A stretch of DNA of 64,000 bases, taken from Gammaproteobacteria bacterium. Lineage in GTDB: Bacteria > Pseudomonadota > Gammaproteobacteria > Eutrophobiales > Eutrophobiaceae. The translations under genes were made by a program, and so were the position numbers. The DNA is taken from positions 352,001 to 416,000 of the forward strand of contig OZ220696.1 in assembly GCA_965116495.1 (NCBI GenBank), read 5' to 3'. Below, piece after piece: positions 39,036-48,912 of this stretch. The notes beneath the pieces were generated by a model. It was not told the DNA's origin, made no database searches, and saw nothing but the letters and a program-made list of their open reading frames with translations. Positions within the stretch are counted from its first letter, which is position 1. The number at the start of each line of letters is the position of its first letter.

Positions 39036-39115
39036 AATGCAACATGCCTGTTTCATCTCATGAATAATTGTATAAAAACTGCTATCTTACTGAAAAAACA
39101 TCATGTTGGAACAGA

Positions 39116-40366
39116 GTGAGTAACGATAATTTTCGCATTCCAGGGGTCAGTCTCCGCCATCTCAAATCTGCCCTGTACGTAGCAGAATACAAAAACGTGA
39201 CGCGCGCTGCCAACAAACTGAACCGTTCCCAGACCACCATCACTAAAGCAATCAGTGAACTGGAATTGACACTGGGCACAAGGCTATTCGACCGGGCCGC
39301 AACGGGCATGATGCCCACCGTATATGGCGAAGCCCTGGCTCGCAGGGTAAGGCTGGTGGTTGATGAATTTGACAAGGCCGGGAAATCATACCAGGAATTC
39401 AAACCCGGCGGGCGACACTACCACTCAATACCGGTTTTCTCACTGGATATCAGTTACAAGCGGTTGGCAGCCTTTGTGGCACTTTATGAGAAGCGTAACG
39501 TCACTGCCGCTGCACAAACACTCGGTATAAGCAAAACAGCAGTATATAACTCCATGCGATATCTTGAGGAGTTGCTGGAATTACCTCTTTTCCAGACCGA
39601 ACCCCACGGGGTAACACCGACCGGGCTGGCCACGATTCTGGTTCGACACACCAAACTGGCATTTTCACAAATTCATCAGGCCATCGACGACATCGCCAAC
39701 CTGGATGGAGTGACCCAGGGACGTGTCGTGATCGGAACGCTGCCTTATACCCGAACCTACCTGACACCAGTAGCCATCAACAGGCTGCTGGAAAAATATC
39801 CCCAGATTGATGTGGTCACCCGGGAGGGTCCCTACGATATACTGGAGTCGTCCTTACGAAGTGGTGATATCGACTTCATTGTGGGCGCCATTCGCAATAT
39901 CGAAAACCGTGCTGATATCGTTACCGAAAAACTCTTTGAAGATCGGCTGTCTGTGATTGCGCGCAAGGACCACCCGCTGGCCGGCAGGTCAAGAATCAAC
40001 TTCAAGGACATGCAGGATGCGCAATGGGTGTTGCCCGCAAGGGGAAGCCCCAGCCGGCAATTGTTCGATGAGACGCTGTCACGTCACGACATGCTCGTGC
40101 CGGAGCATGCGGTTGAGACCAGTTCCCTGTCCATGGTAAGAGGTCTCCTGATGGACAGTGACCGGGTAGCCCTGTTGTCGGAACACCAGATTTATTATGA
40201 CATGCAGTTCGGCATACTGGACGTATTGCCGGTCGTCCTGGAGGACACTTATCGCCCCATTGGTCTGACGCTGCGAGCCCATACCCAACCCTCGCCCGCG
40301 GCTGAATTGTTCCTGGGATACCTCAGGGAAGTCTCAGAGGAAATTCACAAACAGGGCACAGCGTAA
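39116..40366 (+). CDS. LysR regulator with two HTH domains (LigR/GalR type)
   Basis: Two HTH segments (VTRAANKLNRSQ; VTAAAQTLGISK) plus a LysR substrate domain; divergent from ligU. GTG 39116 is the likely start. Confidence 0.9.
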   Translation: MSNDNFRIPGVSLRHLKSALYVAEYKNVTRAANKLNRSQTTITKAISELELTLGTRLFDRAATGMMPTVYGEALARRVRLVVDEFDKAGKSYQEFKPGGRHYHSIPVFSLDISYKRLAAFVALYEKRNVTAAAQTLGISKTAVYNSMRYLEELLELPLFQTEPHGVTPTGLATILVRHTKLAFSQIHQAIDDIANLDGVTQGRVVIGTLPYTRTYLTPVAINRLLEKYPQIDVVTREGPYDILESSLRSGDIDFIVGAIRNIENRADIVTEKLFEDRLSVIARKDHPLAGRSRINFKDMQDAQWVLPARGSPSRQLFDETLSRHDMLVPEHAVETSSLSMVRGLLMDSDRVALLSEHQIYYDMQFGILDVLPVVLEDTYRPIGLTLRAHTQPSPAAELFLGYLREVSEEIHKQGTA

Positions 40367-40367
40367 C

Positions 40368-40432
40368 AGTGATGGGGTCAGGTCGCACATTGCACATGTA
40401 ATGTGTGCAATGTGCGACCTGACCCCATCACT
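40368..40432. repeat. Family A hairpin doublet
   Basis: Perfect 29-bp arms agtgatggggtcaggtcgcacattgcaca with a 7-nt spacer, between convergent genes. Confidence 0.9.
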
Positions 40433-40442
40433 TGCAATATCA

Positions 40443-41330
40443 TCAACTGGCTTCTTCCGGCCAATACAGGCGCATGGGGTTATCTACCAGCAGTTTTTGT
40501 TGCAGTTCTTCCGTGGGGGCAATACGGGGTATGTAGTCTACCAGTTTACCATCGTCCGGCATGTGAGACTTCATATTGGGGTGAGGCCAGTCGGTTCCCC
40601 ATAACACGCGGTCCGGGAAAGCGTCGATCACACGCCGGGCGAAGGGGATGACATCTTCGTATCCTGGCGGACCAACTGCTGAAATCCGTTCCGGGCAACT
40701 GACCTTCGACCAGAAATTCTCATTCTCAGCCAGCAGTTTGATAAAGAGATTGAACCCTGGGCCATCGACCGGTTGGCTGACATCAGGGCGGCCCATATGA
40801 TCCACCACCACCGTGGCAGGCAGGGATGTGAAGAAATTGTAATACTCTGCCAGGTCCGCTGCCTCAAAATAGATGACGATGTGCCAGCCCAAAGGTACGA
40901 TTCGCTCTGCGATGCCGGCCAGTTCGTCAATGGGCAAGCTGTCCACCAGGCGCTTTACGAAATTGAAGCGTGCGCCGCGTACACCGGCTGCATGCAATTG
41001 TGCCAATTCATCACCAGTTACAGTCGATCGCACCGTGGCGATACCCCGAGCCTTGCCGCGGGAGGATTGCAAGGCATCCGCCAGAGCACGATTGTCTGCG
41101 CCATGGCAGGTGGCCTGCACGATCACATTGCGGGAGAAACCAAGGTGATCACGCAATTGCCATAGTTTGTCCTTGCCTGCATCGCAAGGGGTGTACTTTC
41201 TCTCCGGTGCAAAAGGGAACTCTGCCGCGGGGCCAAATACGTGGCAGTGTGCATCCACGGCGCCATCAGGCACTACGAATCCAGGTGCGCCGGGCGCCGG
41301 GTGAAATGGCAACCAATCGGGATCCATCAT
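40443..41330 (-). CDS. ligI: 2-pyrone-4,6-dicarboxylate lactonase
   Basis: DAHCHVFGP, VQATCHGADN, RFNFVKRL, DHMGRP and WGTDWPHPN motifs. Confidence 0.94.
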   Translation of the reverse strand: MMDPDWLPFHPAPGAPGFVVPDGAVDAHCHVFGPAAEFPFAPERKYTPCDAGKDKLWQLRDHLGFSRNVIVQATCHGADNRALADALQSSRGKARGIATVRSTVTGDELAQLHAAGVRGARFNFVKRLVDSLPIDELAGIAERIVPLGWHIVIYFEAADLAEYYNFFTSLPATVVVDHMGRPDVSQPVDGPGFNLFIKLLAENENFWSKVSCPERISAVGPPGYEDVIPFARRVIDAFPDRVLWGTDWPHPNMKSHMPDDGKLVDYIPRIAPTEELQQKLLVDNPMRLYWPEEAS

Positions 41331-42157
41331 TTACCGGCCTTGCTTCCGTCAGTAGTTCCGGCGTTTTGAATCGAGGGAATAGCCGGCAAGCCCTCGGACA
41401 TGAGATTTTTCAGATTTTCCACTGTGGAATCAGTCATCAATGGCTCAATGCCCAGTTCCCGCAATAACACGGCAGACGCCTCCATTTCATGCAGGCGGCG
41501 CTTTGCGTGCACGTCGGAGCCCGTAACCAGGCGCTCCAGCAAGCGTTCATCAGCCTGTGTAATTTCTGTACTGATGTTTTGCCACAACCACTCGGACAAA
41601 CCCGCTTGTTCCGCACCGCGCAAGGCCTCAATAACCACAGCGGCCAGTCCTTTTGTAAATACACTGCGTAACAACTTGCGGGTGGCTGCGTCACCCGCCC
41701 TGGTTCCCAGAGATTCTACCGGCATGCCCAGGGGCAAAAAAGACTTTACAAACCGGTCAGCCCCCGTACCTGCTGCCAGTGCCCGGGTACGTATGCCCCT
41801 GCCCGGCACGATCTCCACCAGGGCAATGTCGGCAAAAGCGATACCGCGTTCGTCTGCTTTCTCAGCCAGTTGGCGTTTCAAGCCCGCAGAACCTGTAGAA
41901 AAATCGGCATAGAGTGCATTTTGGGGTATCTGCTCGAAGGACTGTGACAATGCTGTGGCAGCGTCCGAGGCCGCCGTTAACGCAAGGACCGCATCCACAC
42001 CGGCTACCGCCTCTCCCGGGTCTTCGAAACGGCTTACTCCAGCCGGCGTTATCACGGGTGCGGGATCGTAGGCTTGCACGGAAATACCGGCCGACAGCAG
42101 GTCTGAACTGATGATTGAGCCGGCTTCGCCCAGACCAAAAATGCACACGGTTTTCAT
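41327..42157 (-). CDS. NAD(P)-dependent oxidoreductase (6PGD/HIBADH-like, DUF1932 type)
   Basis: GLGEAG Rossmann motif, KLLRSVFTKG and HAKRRLHEM. Confidence 0.85.
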   Translation of the reverse strand: MKTVCIFGLGEAGSIISSDLLSAGISVQAYDPAPVITPAGVSRFEDPGEAVAGVDAVLALTAASDAATALSQSFEQIPQNALYADFSTGSAGLKRQLAEKADERGIAFADIALVEIVPGRGIRTRALAAGTGADRFVKSFLPLGMPVESLGTRAGDAATRKLLRSVFTKGLAAVVIEALRGAEQAGLSEWLWQNISTEITQADERLLERLVTGSDVHAKRRLHEMEASAVLLRELGIEPLMTDSTVENLKNLMSEGLPAIPSIQNAGTTDGSKAGK

Positions 42158-42189
42158 AAATCCTCCAAATTCACCGGAATTTAAAGACT

Positions 42190-42338
42190 AGGCAGTGCGC
42201 CAGCCCTGCTGTGCCTTCGTCAGGAACCCCAGGAATTCATAAGCGCCGCGCTATGGTAAACCGTACCAAACATTAAATGAATGTTCAGTAGTGCCGCCTC
42301 ATGCAGCTCTACCGCCGGAGAGCCAACACACTCTTCCG
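42190..42338 (-). ncRNA. 6S-like structured RNA (putative)
   Basis: 5' gtgtgttggctct pairs fully (with G-U) with 3' agggctggcgcac. Internal hairpin tactgaacatt/aatgtttggta. The tgaa...gggttc...acagc segment recalls the 6S 3' strand. TATAAT lies just upstream. Confidence 0.55.
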
Positions 42339-42348
42339 GAACAACAAT

Positions 42349-42354
42349 ATTATA
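42349..42354 (-). promoter_or_regulatory. Consensus -10 box upstream of the putative ncRNA
   Basis: TATAAT on the minus strand ~10 nt before the predicted RNA; no clear -35. Confidence 0.4.
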
Positions 42355-42468
42355 ACCACGCATAAAACCGTCCCTATGGTAGAGTCCACGCATACGTTAG
42401 TGGCCACACCCGCTGACCTGCCCCCTTGCTGTTTTCAATACATTCGTACGTAAGTTGATGCTATTTGG

Positions 42469-44451
42469 TTAACTCACCAGATCGTCCACTGCTCGTAGAC
42501 CTTCGTCGATGGCTGTGTTACAGAGTGCAACATAACTGGCGTCAGAATTAGCGATCGCAATTCTGCCAAATCGTTTACGGGCTATTTCGTGTGGCCGTTC
42601 TCCCTCTTCATAATCTGGATCAAATAGGGAGTTATACTGACGTGAGTAGCCATGTGGCCAACGGTTTACGGTAAGACCAATAACGTCTTCTCTAACATTA
42701 AAACTTGTTGAATCAAACAGGCTTGCCAACTGTTCCCTGACTTCAACTTCATAATCTTCAAATTCCATTGATAATAATTCTGTCTGTCCCTGACTATGTT
42801 GATCCTGAGGGTTAAGCCCGGAATGCGGATTAACCATCCCACCAATCATGTATATAATCACAGGCTCTTCTGCATTAAGACCCTGTTTATGGTCACCTAA
42901 CGAACGACCATAAGCCAGACATTCATGTAAAATCCGCCCAGGAAAATAAAAACTTCCAGAACCGAGTTCAAGAAGAGGTTTACCGCTACGTAGAAAAACA
43001 CCCACTGAAATGAAGGGCATTTTGACATTGGCTTTGAGAGCATGTTGTTGCTCTACAGGGAGTTCGGGACAAATATGCGGTAAATACATGTGCCATCCGG
43101 CATAGATGCAGTGTTTAGCTTTAACGCGATATGATTCATCTCCACGTACGTAGCTAACTGCTACTCGACTGCCTTTATCGACATTTTTGATACTGGTAAC
43201 TGTTGAATTTAGTCTGATACGAACGTTTGATTCCTCATCATCCAGCTTTGCATAATTCAATCGTGCAGTGGTTAACTCTTCCATAGTTTTTGCTTCAGTA
43301 ACCGCAGGCACCAATTGCCTCACAAGGTTTCTAGTAATAATTGCATTTCCATCAGGTCCGTAGTGACCTTCAAGCGGTGGCATACTGTCAATTTCTTCCT
43401 GGATTTTTCTTCCTTGATCTCCCATCACATGCAATCCAGGTAACCCTGCCCAATGAAATGCTTGGGAAAGTGGCGTGCACTCGGTGGTCAATCCGATCAA
43501 AGCAGATGACTGTCGGGTAAAAATATGATCGGCTGTGTCTTGTGACAAGCCGCAATACTTTGTAACAAAAGTATTGTAACTCATGGAATGAAGAGCAGAT
43601 TTGCGCTCAACTTCTGATAAATCTTCAAACACATCCCTCGTGGACGTGAGGAAGTCATGCAACTCCTTTTTTGCCGCCTCAGGAATTGGCATGTCAGGAA
43701 TATGCTTAACCAAGTTAAATTCGCCATCCTTATTTTTGCGATTCATTGGCTGGATATCGTCAGTCAATGTAACTGCCTTGCCATACTTTTCCTTATCGAA
43801 ACAAATTGAAGGATTTAGATCGAATGCACGTAAACGAAAATCTCCTACTTGTCCTGGCTCGAGACGCTCAAAACTCACACCTATGTCACGCAATAGTTTT
43901 TTTGACTGCTCACTAAAATAGGGAGTTTCCATCATCACACTACCGCCCGGTCCCATGTAGGTTTTCCCATCGTGCGTAAATTCGATACGCTTGGCATGGC
44001 CACCGAAATCATCATGGTTATCAATAATCAGAATCTTTACATTGGGGTCACTGGTTTTTTGTTGGTATGCATAAGCAGCCGTCAAGCCGCTAATACCACC
44101 TCCAACGACGATAAGATCATATTCCTCATTCAGGTCGATTGACTTGCCCCAAGTTTTTCCTGTCCATGCGTGGGCATGAGCGGACTCGAAAGAACCAACA
44201 TGACTACCTCTTAGACCTGTTTTTGCTGGGGGATAATAATCCGGATCTTTCTCAGGAGAATATGAAGGAAGCTGATTCGTAGTGGCAAAAGAAACTCTGG
44301 GAAGAGAACTACCATATGTGGCGAGTGCTGCAGTAGTCATACCTATACCATGTAGCAGATCACGACGGCTTATTAGGCGGTCAAGACCTAACTCTCTTGC
44401 CTTCTTATCGTACTTTTTATATTTCTGCATAGGATTTAGATTTTTTCTCAT
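42469..44451 (-). CDS. Spermidine dehydrogenase (SpdH)-like flavoprotein, Tat-exported
   Basis: SRRDLL twin-arginine, YYPPAKTGLRGSH, VGGGISGL, DNHDDFGGHAKR, TVNRWPHGY and GRIAIANSD motifs; AT-richer than the flanks. Confidence 0.85.
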   Translation of the reverse strand: MRKNLNPMQKYKKYDKKARELGLDRLISRRDLLHGIGMTTAALATYGSSLPRVSFATTNQLPSYSPEKDPDYYPPAKTGLRGSHVGSFESAHAHAWTGKTWGKSIDLNEEYDLIVVGGGISGLTAAYAYQQKTSDPNVKILIIDNHDDFGGHAKRIEFTHDGKTYMGPGGSVMMETPYFSEQSKKLLRDIGVSFERLEPGQVGDFRLRAFDLNPSICFDKEKYGKAVTLTDDIQPMNRKNKDGEFNLVKHIPDMPIPEAAKKELHDFLTSTRDVFEDLSEVERKSALHSMSYNTFVTKYCGLSQDTADHIFTRQSSALIGLTTECTPLSQAFHWAGLPGLHVMGDQGRKIQEEIDSMPPLEGHYGPDGNAIITRNLVRQLVPAVTEAKTMEELTTARLNYAKLDDEESNVRIRLNSTVTSIKNVDKGSRVAVSYVRGDESYRVKAKHCIYAGWHMYLPHICPELPVEQQHALKANVKMPFISVGVFLRSGKPLLELGSGSFYFPGRILHECLAYGRSLGDHKQGLNAEEPVIIYMIGGMVNPHSGLNPQDQHSQGQTELLSMEFEDYEVEVREQLASLFDSTSFNVREDVIGLTVNRWPHGYSRQYNSLFDPDYEEGERPHEIARKRFGRIAIANSDASYVALCNTAIDEGLRAVDDLVS

Positions 44452-45032
44452 AAAACCATGTCAATTGTATTGTTTTTAATATGACGCGTGCTCGATGGAT
44501 TATCAAGATTTTATTAATTGGACGAGACAAATAATCTAATTCATTGATGGTAAATTTTTGCGCCAAGCGTGATTGTTTATTTGCAGAACCGAATGACTCA
44601 GGCTTTTTTTGTAAATTGGTATATTCGATAAGCGCTCGAGAGAATGATTCTATGATTGGTTCAGGAGAGCATTGCTCCCAGAAACTAATCGTCACTTTTG
44701 CAAATCGCGCTTACCTGGAAAATTGACGCGAATTTATGCTATAGCGAACCAATTATAAAAGCCTTCTTAAAAAGGGCGAGAAATGCCCCAGACACCGATA
44801 TGTAAGTTAGTATTGGATTTATTTGAGGTGCTACTCGATATAGATCCACCCAAGTTGCGAGTTCAAGAATGGACTGAAAAATTTTATCGAAAGAGTAGAA
44901 CGAAAAGTTAGTATAATTTATATTTTTCGACTATGGTCGTATCCAGAATTTCATCAGGATGATCACTATATTTCATTTTCGTGATTGATTTATTCATTCC
45001 GACTTTTTAGATTATCTAACCAGTGAGATAAT

Positions 45033-45545
45033 CTACTCAACACGTTCAATTTCAAGTTTTCTCGTGCGTACGGCTTCTTCCAGAATCACAATAAGCTCCC
45101 GGTAAACGCCAAAATCCTCCCAAGTACCATCGAAACCACGGGGTACAACAAAGTAATCGCCCGCTGTTAAGGATTGTGCATTACCGGCTGCATCGGTTAG
45201 CACTGATTTACCGCTGAGCACAACAACAAATTGATCATACGGGTAGTTTCTCACACGGTTTTTAACATGCCCTACTTCACCCGTTTTTTTCGGTGTCGAT
45301 TCGAATATAGATACAGAAAGCTCTTCGCCCGTGAACAGAAAACTCCACTTCGCCAGGCGTGTTGCATCGTCCCATGGTGCTACTTTTAGACCAAGTCCAC
45401 TAACCATGTCTGTATTAATTCGTATCGGTGATATAACTTCCTTCGTGGATTGCTCGTCGGCATATGAGTTACTAACTGCCGTAAGTGGAATTAATAGCAC
45501 TAGTATTTTAATTACATATCGTTGTATCTCAGATTGGATATTCAT
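45033..45545 (-). CDS. Secreted cupin (DUF861/EutQ-like)
   Basis: YPYDQFVVVLSG...AGDYFVVPRGFDGTW; signal-peptide-like N-terminus. Confidence 0.75.
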   Translation of the reverse strand: MNIQSEIQRYVIKILVLLIPLTAVSNSYADEQSTKEVISPIRINTDMVSGLGLKVAPWDDATRLAKWSFLFTGEELSVSIFESTPKKTGEVGHVKNRVRNYPYDQFVVVLSGKSVLTDAAGNAQSLTAGDYFVVPRGFDGTWEDFGVYRELIVILEEAVRTRKLEIERVE

Positions 45546-45781
45546 TATTAACCTCTAAATTTATCATATTAGCGGCTCGTTTCCTGTTCGCAGACCTTCG
45601 TAAGTTGCTGTATAAGCCAGTGCAACGTAACTTGTATCTACACAGCGTCCATCATGGACTGACCCCATTCTATTTTTTGGCACGTCCGGAAATATTCTGC
45701 TGTTCCGGGTGAGCCGGAATCTTTATACATTATGACCTGTCGAATTAATTTCTGCTTGTGGCATCCAGAATAAATGCGAGT

Positions 45782-45898
45782 TCCAGTGGGCTTGCAGGCA
45801 TTATTGCTGCATCAGCAGGGAACGATCTTTATCATCCGTTACAAGCGATGCTTGTCGGTGGGGCAGGTGTGGTGATCATGTACAAGCTGCATTATTGG
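45782..45898 (+). pseudogene. Ammonium transporter (Amt) internal fragment
   Basis: Reads GLAGIIAASAGNDLYHPLQAMLVGGAGVVIMYKLHYW, an Amt-like transmembrane segment with no start or end. Confidence 0.6.
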
Positions 45899-46141
45899 CA
45901 GAGTCGAATAGAAAAGAAAGAGTAGGACGATGTATTGAAATTATTGAACGTGATGGATAGAAAGATACAAGAGAGGAACACCGAAGTCTCCGAGGAAATT
46001 CACAGTTTGATTTAAAAGACAGTTACGCAACTATTTCCCATGACAATCAAAGCAAAAACTATTGGTTTCCGGGACTTGAATTGACTATATCTAATATATT
46101 TAACTTGGTAGAATTGTTAATTTCGAACTGGAGGCAAAATC

Positions 46142-48808
46142 GTGGAAAAGAAACTGGAATCAGGTACAAAGGCAATTAACTCCACTCGGAACGGGCAAAC
46201 AAGGCCTTTTGCTTCGGCTCTGATGCTTGTATGTGCGGCAGGTATTTTTTCATCTCCGGCTTTGGCGCAATCAGCCCTTGAAGAAATAACAGTCACGGCA
46301 CAACGCCGGGAGCAGAGCATCCAGGATATCCCTTATAATATTTCAGCCTATTCGGATGAGTATCTTAAGTCCGCCCGGGCCTTCGATATAGGCGACGTCT
46401 CTCGGCTCGTTCCGGGGCTCAATTTCAAGGACCAGGGCGCAGCGCTGCGTTCAAGCCGGAATTCTTTTATTCTGCGCGGCATTAATGCCAATGATTCCAG
46501 GCTCATATTCGGCACCGATGTCAGTTCCGGTGCAGTTTCAATGTATTTCGGCGAGACACCATTATTTTTTCCCATCGTTATGAAGGACATCGAGCGGGTG
46601 GAAGTATTGCGCGGCCCGCAGGGTACTTTATACGGTTCAGGATCGCTCGGCGGGACAATCCGCTTCATACCGAAAGCGGCTGAATTGGGAGAGTTTTCAA
46701 TGGATGCCAATGTGCATCTTGATTCGATGTGGGAATCCGATGAGGTTGGTTATGGCGGTGACGTTGCGGTCAACATTCCCCTGGTGGAAGATACCCTGGC
46801 CTTGAGGCTGGTGGCGAGCTGGGATGACCTGGGTGGCTTTGTGGATGGGGTCGGTCTTGTACAACGTGACAGCAGCGGCGAGCCTGTCCCAAGTGTAGCC
46901 GGAGACCTTGCGAGTGGATATGTGCTGGCTCCGGAAGAGGATACCAACGATACTCAATCTTACATGATTCGCGCCAACCTGCACTGGGTGCCGTCGGACA
47001 CGGTCGATGTCCAGTTGACCTACCTCAACCAGGAGAGTGAAGTAGATGATTTTTCCGGGGTTAACCCCGGCTTTGACGGGGGGCTGGTTGACGCCAGTCT
47101 CGCTAATTTCCCCGGGTCATTCTTTTCCAACGCAAATGCCTGTAATGGAGGCGTCGCATTCTCCAGGGATTTTTTCACCCCAAACCAGACTTGTCTTGGC
47201 GCAGGCGGGAATACGCTCTATGCGAACAGTGGCGTAACAATCCCTGATGCAGGTGACTACGATCACACCATGTTCGTCAAATCAGCCGGCGAAAGTAAGG
47301 CTGACATTTTTAACGCGGAAGTGAATATCGATCTTGGTATAGCTTCGGTTACATCTTCGACTTCCTATTCGGAAGTCAGCTATTTCAATACCCCTGATTT
47401 TACCGGCTTCGATTTGCCTACCAGGGCGCCGGGGGGGTCAAGTGTAGCGACATTTAATTCATTTTATCCGCGGGCTGCCGGTGTTACCTCTTCCTTTGAT
47501 GAAACCGAGCGGTTTACGCAGGAAATTCGCTTCACGTCAAATGGAGATAACAAGGTCGACTACGTTATCGGCGCTTATTATGAAGACAGGGAATCGGTCG
47601 GCAAGACTATTACCACGCAACCGGGGTTAAGTGAATTTGATACGACCATCAATGTGGCAAACCTCGGATTTCCCCGTGGCAGAAACAACGCTAATCACCC
47701 GGACGTCACCTTCGCGGAAGACAGGCTTTTCAAATTTGAAGATATTGCCGTCTTTGGTGAGTTGACCATGCACATAACCGATCAATGGCAGGTTACCGGT
47801 GGTATACGGGCATTCTGGCAGGAATTTTCCCACGACTTTGAATCGTTAATACCGTTTTGCGGTCTGTTTTGTTCAAGCCCCGAGCAGCCCCGGTTTTTCG
47901 AAGGCGGCACGACCGTTAATGATGCAAAGCGGGATTTTGAAGACCAGATTTTCAAGGTCAACACGTCATATGATATCAACGACGATATGATGGCTTATTT
48001 TACCTGGGCCGAAGGGTTCCGCCATGGCGGCGCCAATGCGCTTCCGCAAGGTGGCCGCCAGGCCTCTTTGCCGTCATTGCTGCAGTTTCAACCGGATACG
48101 ACAACCAACTGGGAAGTAGGTTTGAAAGGTTCTCTCTCGGAGCGTATAAACTATTCAATCGCGGCCTATCTTGTCGAATGGGACGATTTCCAGTTTGAAT
48201 CTCTGGTAATAAATGGATTTAAGGTTGTGCTGAATGGGGCTGAAGCCGAAACAAAAGGTATTGAGCTGGAACTGAACGGCAGCCTGGGTGAAGGCATGAC
48301 ATACAATATCGGCTATTCATACGTCGATGCGGAGGTCACAAAGGATTTCGTCGTATCAGACTATGTTGCCGGAACCACAGGGTCCTTTTTTATACCGCCC
48401 TTCACGGTACTCCCCCTTATTACGGTTTCAGATGGCGATCCGTTACCGAGTGTGCCTGACCATACCTTTGCATTCGCTCTCGATTACCTGCAACCACTCA
48501 AGATGAATAACTGGTCGCTTGCCTGGCACGTGGATGGAAAATACTCCAGCGACACACAATCGACATTTAATCAAAATGTGAATCTGGGACGGGATTTCTT
48601 CGAAATCGACTCCTATGCCGTGTTTAATGCATCAGTAGCACTGGAATCCAATGACAACTGGACTGCATCACTGTTTGTGCGCAATATAGGGAATGAACAG
48701 AATTTATCTGCCGGCAATACCGCAGCAGCAGCCGGCGGCGTGCACCAGTACTATTTCACCCTGCGGCCACGCACAATCGGTCTGTCCTTCAATTTCCGCT
48801 ACAATTAA
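46142..48808 (+). CDS. TonB-dependent receptor
   Basis: LEEITVTAQRREQ, IERVEVLRGPQGTLYG; C-terminus RPRTIGLSFNFRYN. Confidence 0.95.
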   Translation: MEKKLESGTKAINSTRNGQTRPFASALMLVCAAGIFSSPALAQSALEEITVTAQRREQSIQDIPYNISAYSDEYLKSARAFDIGDVSRLVPGLNFKDQGAALRSSRNSFILRGINANDSRLIFGTDVSSGAVSMYFGETPLFFPIVMKDIERVEVLRGPQGTLYGSGSLGGTIRFIPKAAELGEFSMDANVHLDSMWESDEVGYGGDVAVNIPLVEDTLALRLVASWDDLGGFVDGVGLVQRDSSGEPVPSVAGDLASGYVLAPEEDTNDTQSYMIRANLHWVPSDTVDVQLTYLNQESEVDDFSGVNPGFDGGLVDASLANFPGSFFSNANACNGGVAFSRDFFTPNQTCLGAGGNTLYANSGVTIPDAGDYDHTMFVKSAGESKADIFNAEVNIDLGIASVTSSTSYSEVSYFNTPDFTGFDLPTRAPGGSSVATFNSFYPRAAGVTSSFDETERFTQEIRFTSNGDNKVDYVIGAYYEDRESVGKTITTQPGLSEFDTTINVANLGFPRGRNNANHPDVTFAEDRLFKFEDIAVFGELTMHITDQWQVTGGIRAFWQEFSHDFESLIPFCGLFCSSPEQPRFFEGGTTVNDAKRDFEDQIFKVNTSYDINDDMMAYFTWAEGFRHGGANALPQGGRQASLPSLLQFQPDTTTNWEVGLKGSLSERINYSIAAYLVEWDDFQFESLVINGFKVVLNGAEAETKGIELELNGSLGEGMTYNIGYSYVDAEVTKDFVVSDYVAGTTGSFFIPPFTVLPLITVSDGDPLPSVPDHTFAFALDYLQPLKMNNWSLAWHVDGKYSSDTQSTFNQNVNLGRDFFEIDSYAVFNASVALESNDNWTASLFVRNIGNEQNLSAGNTAAAAGGVHQYYFTLRPRTIGLSFNFRYN

Positions 48809-48829
48809 AGTCCTTTGCAGTTATCTGTC

Positions 48830-48858
48830 GAAGCCGCCGCATCCTTTCCGGCGGCTTC
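48830..48858 (+). terminator. Stem-loop after the TonB receptor gene
   Basis: gaagccgccg-9 nt-cggcggcttc 10-bp stem; no U tract. Confidence 0.4.
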
Positions 48859-48912
48859 ATCCCGCACAGCAAACCAGTTACGATCTGACCCCATTCTACA
48901 TGGGGAAACAGC

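Noticed and set aside
44417-44726. ORFs in the AT-rich gap
   Set aside because: Short, overlapping, with no motif or clear RBS.
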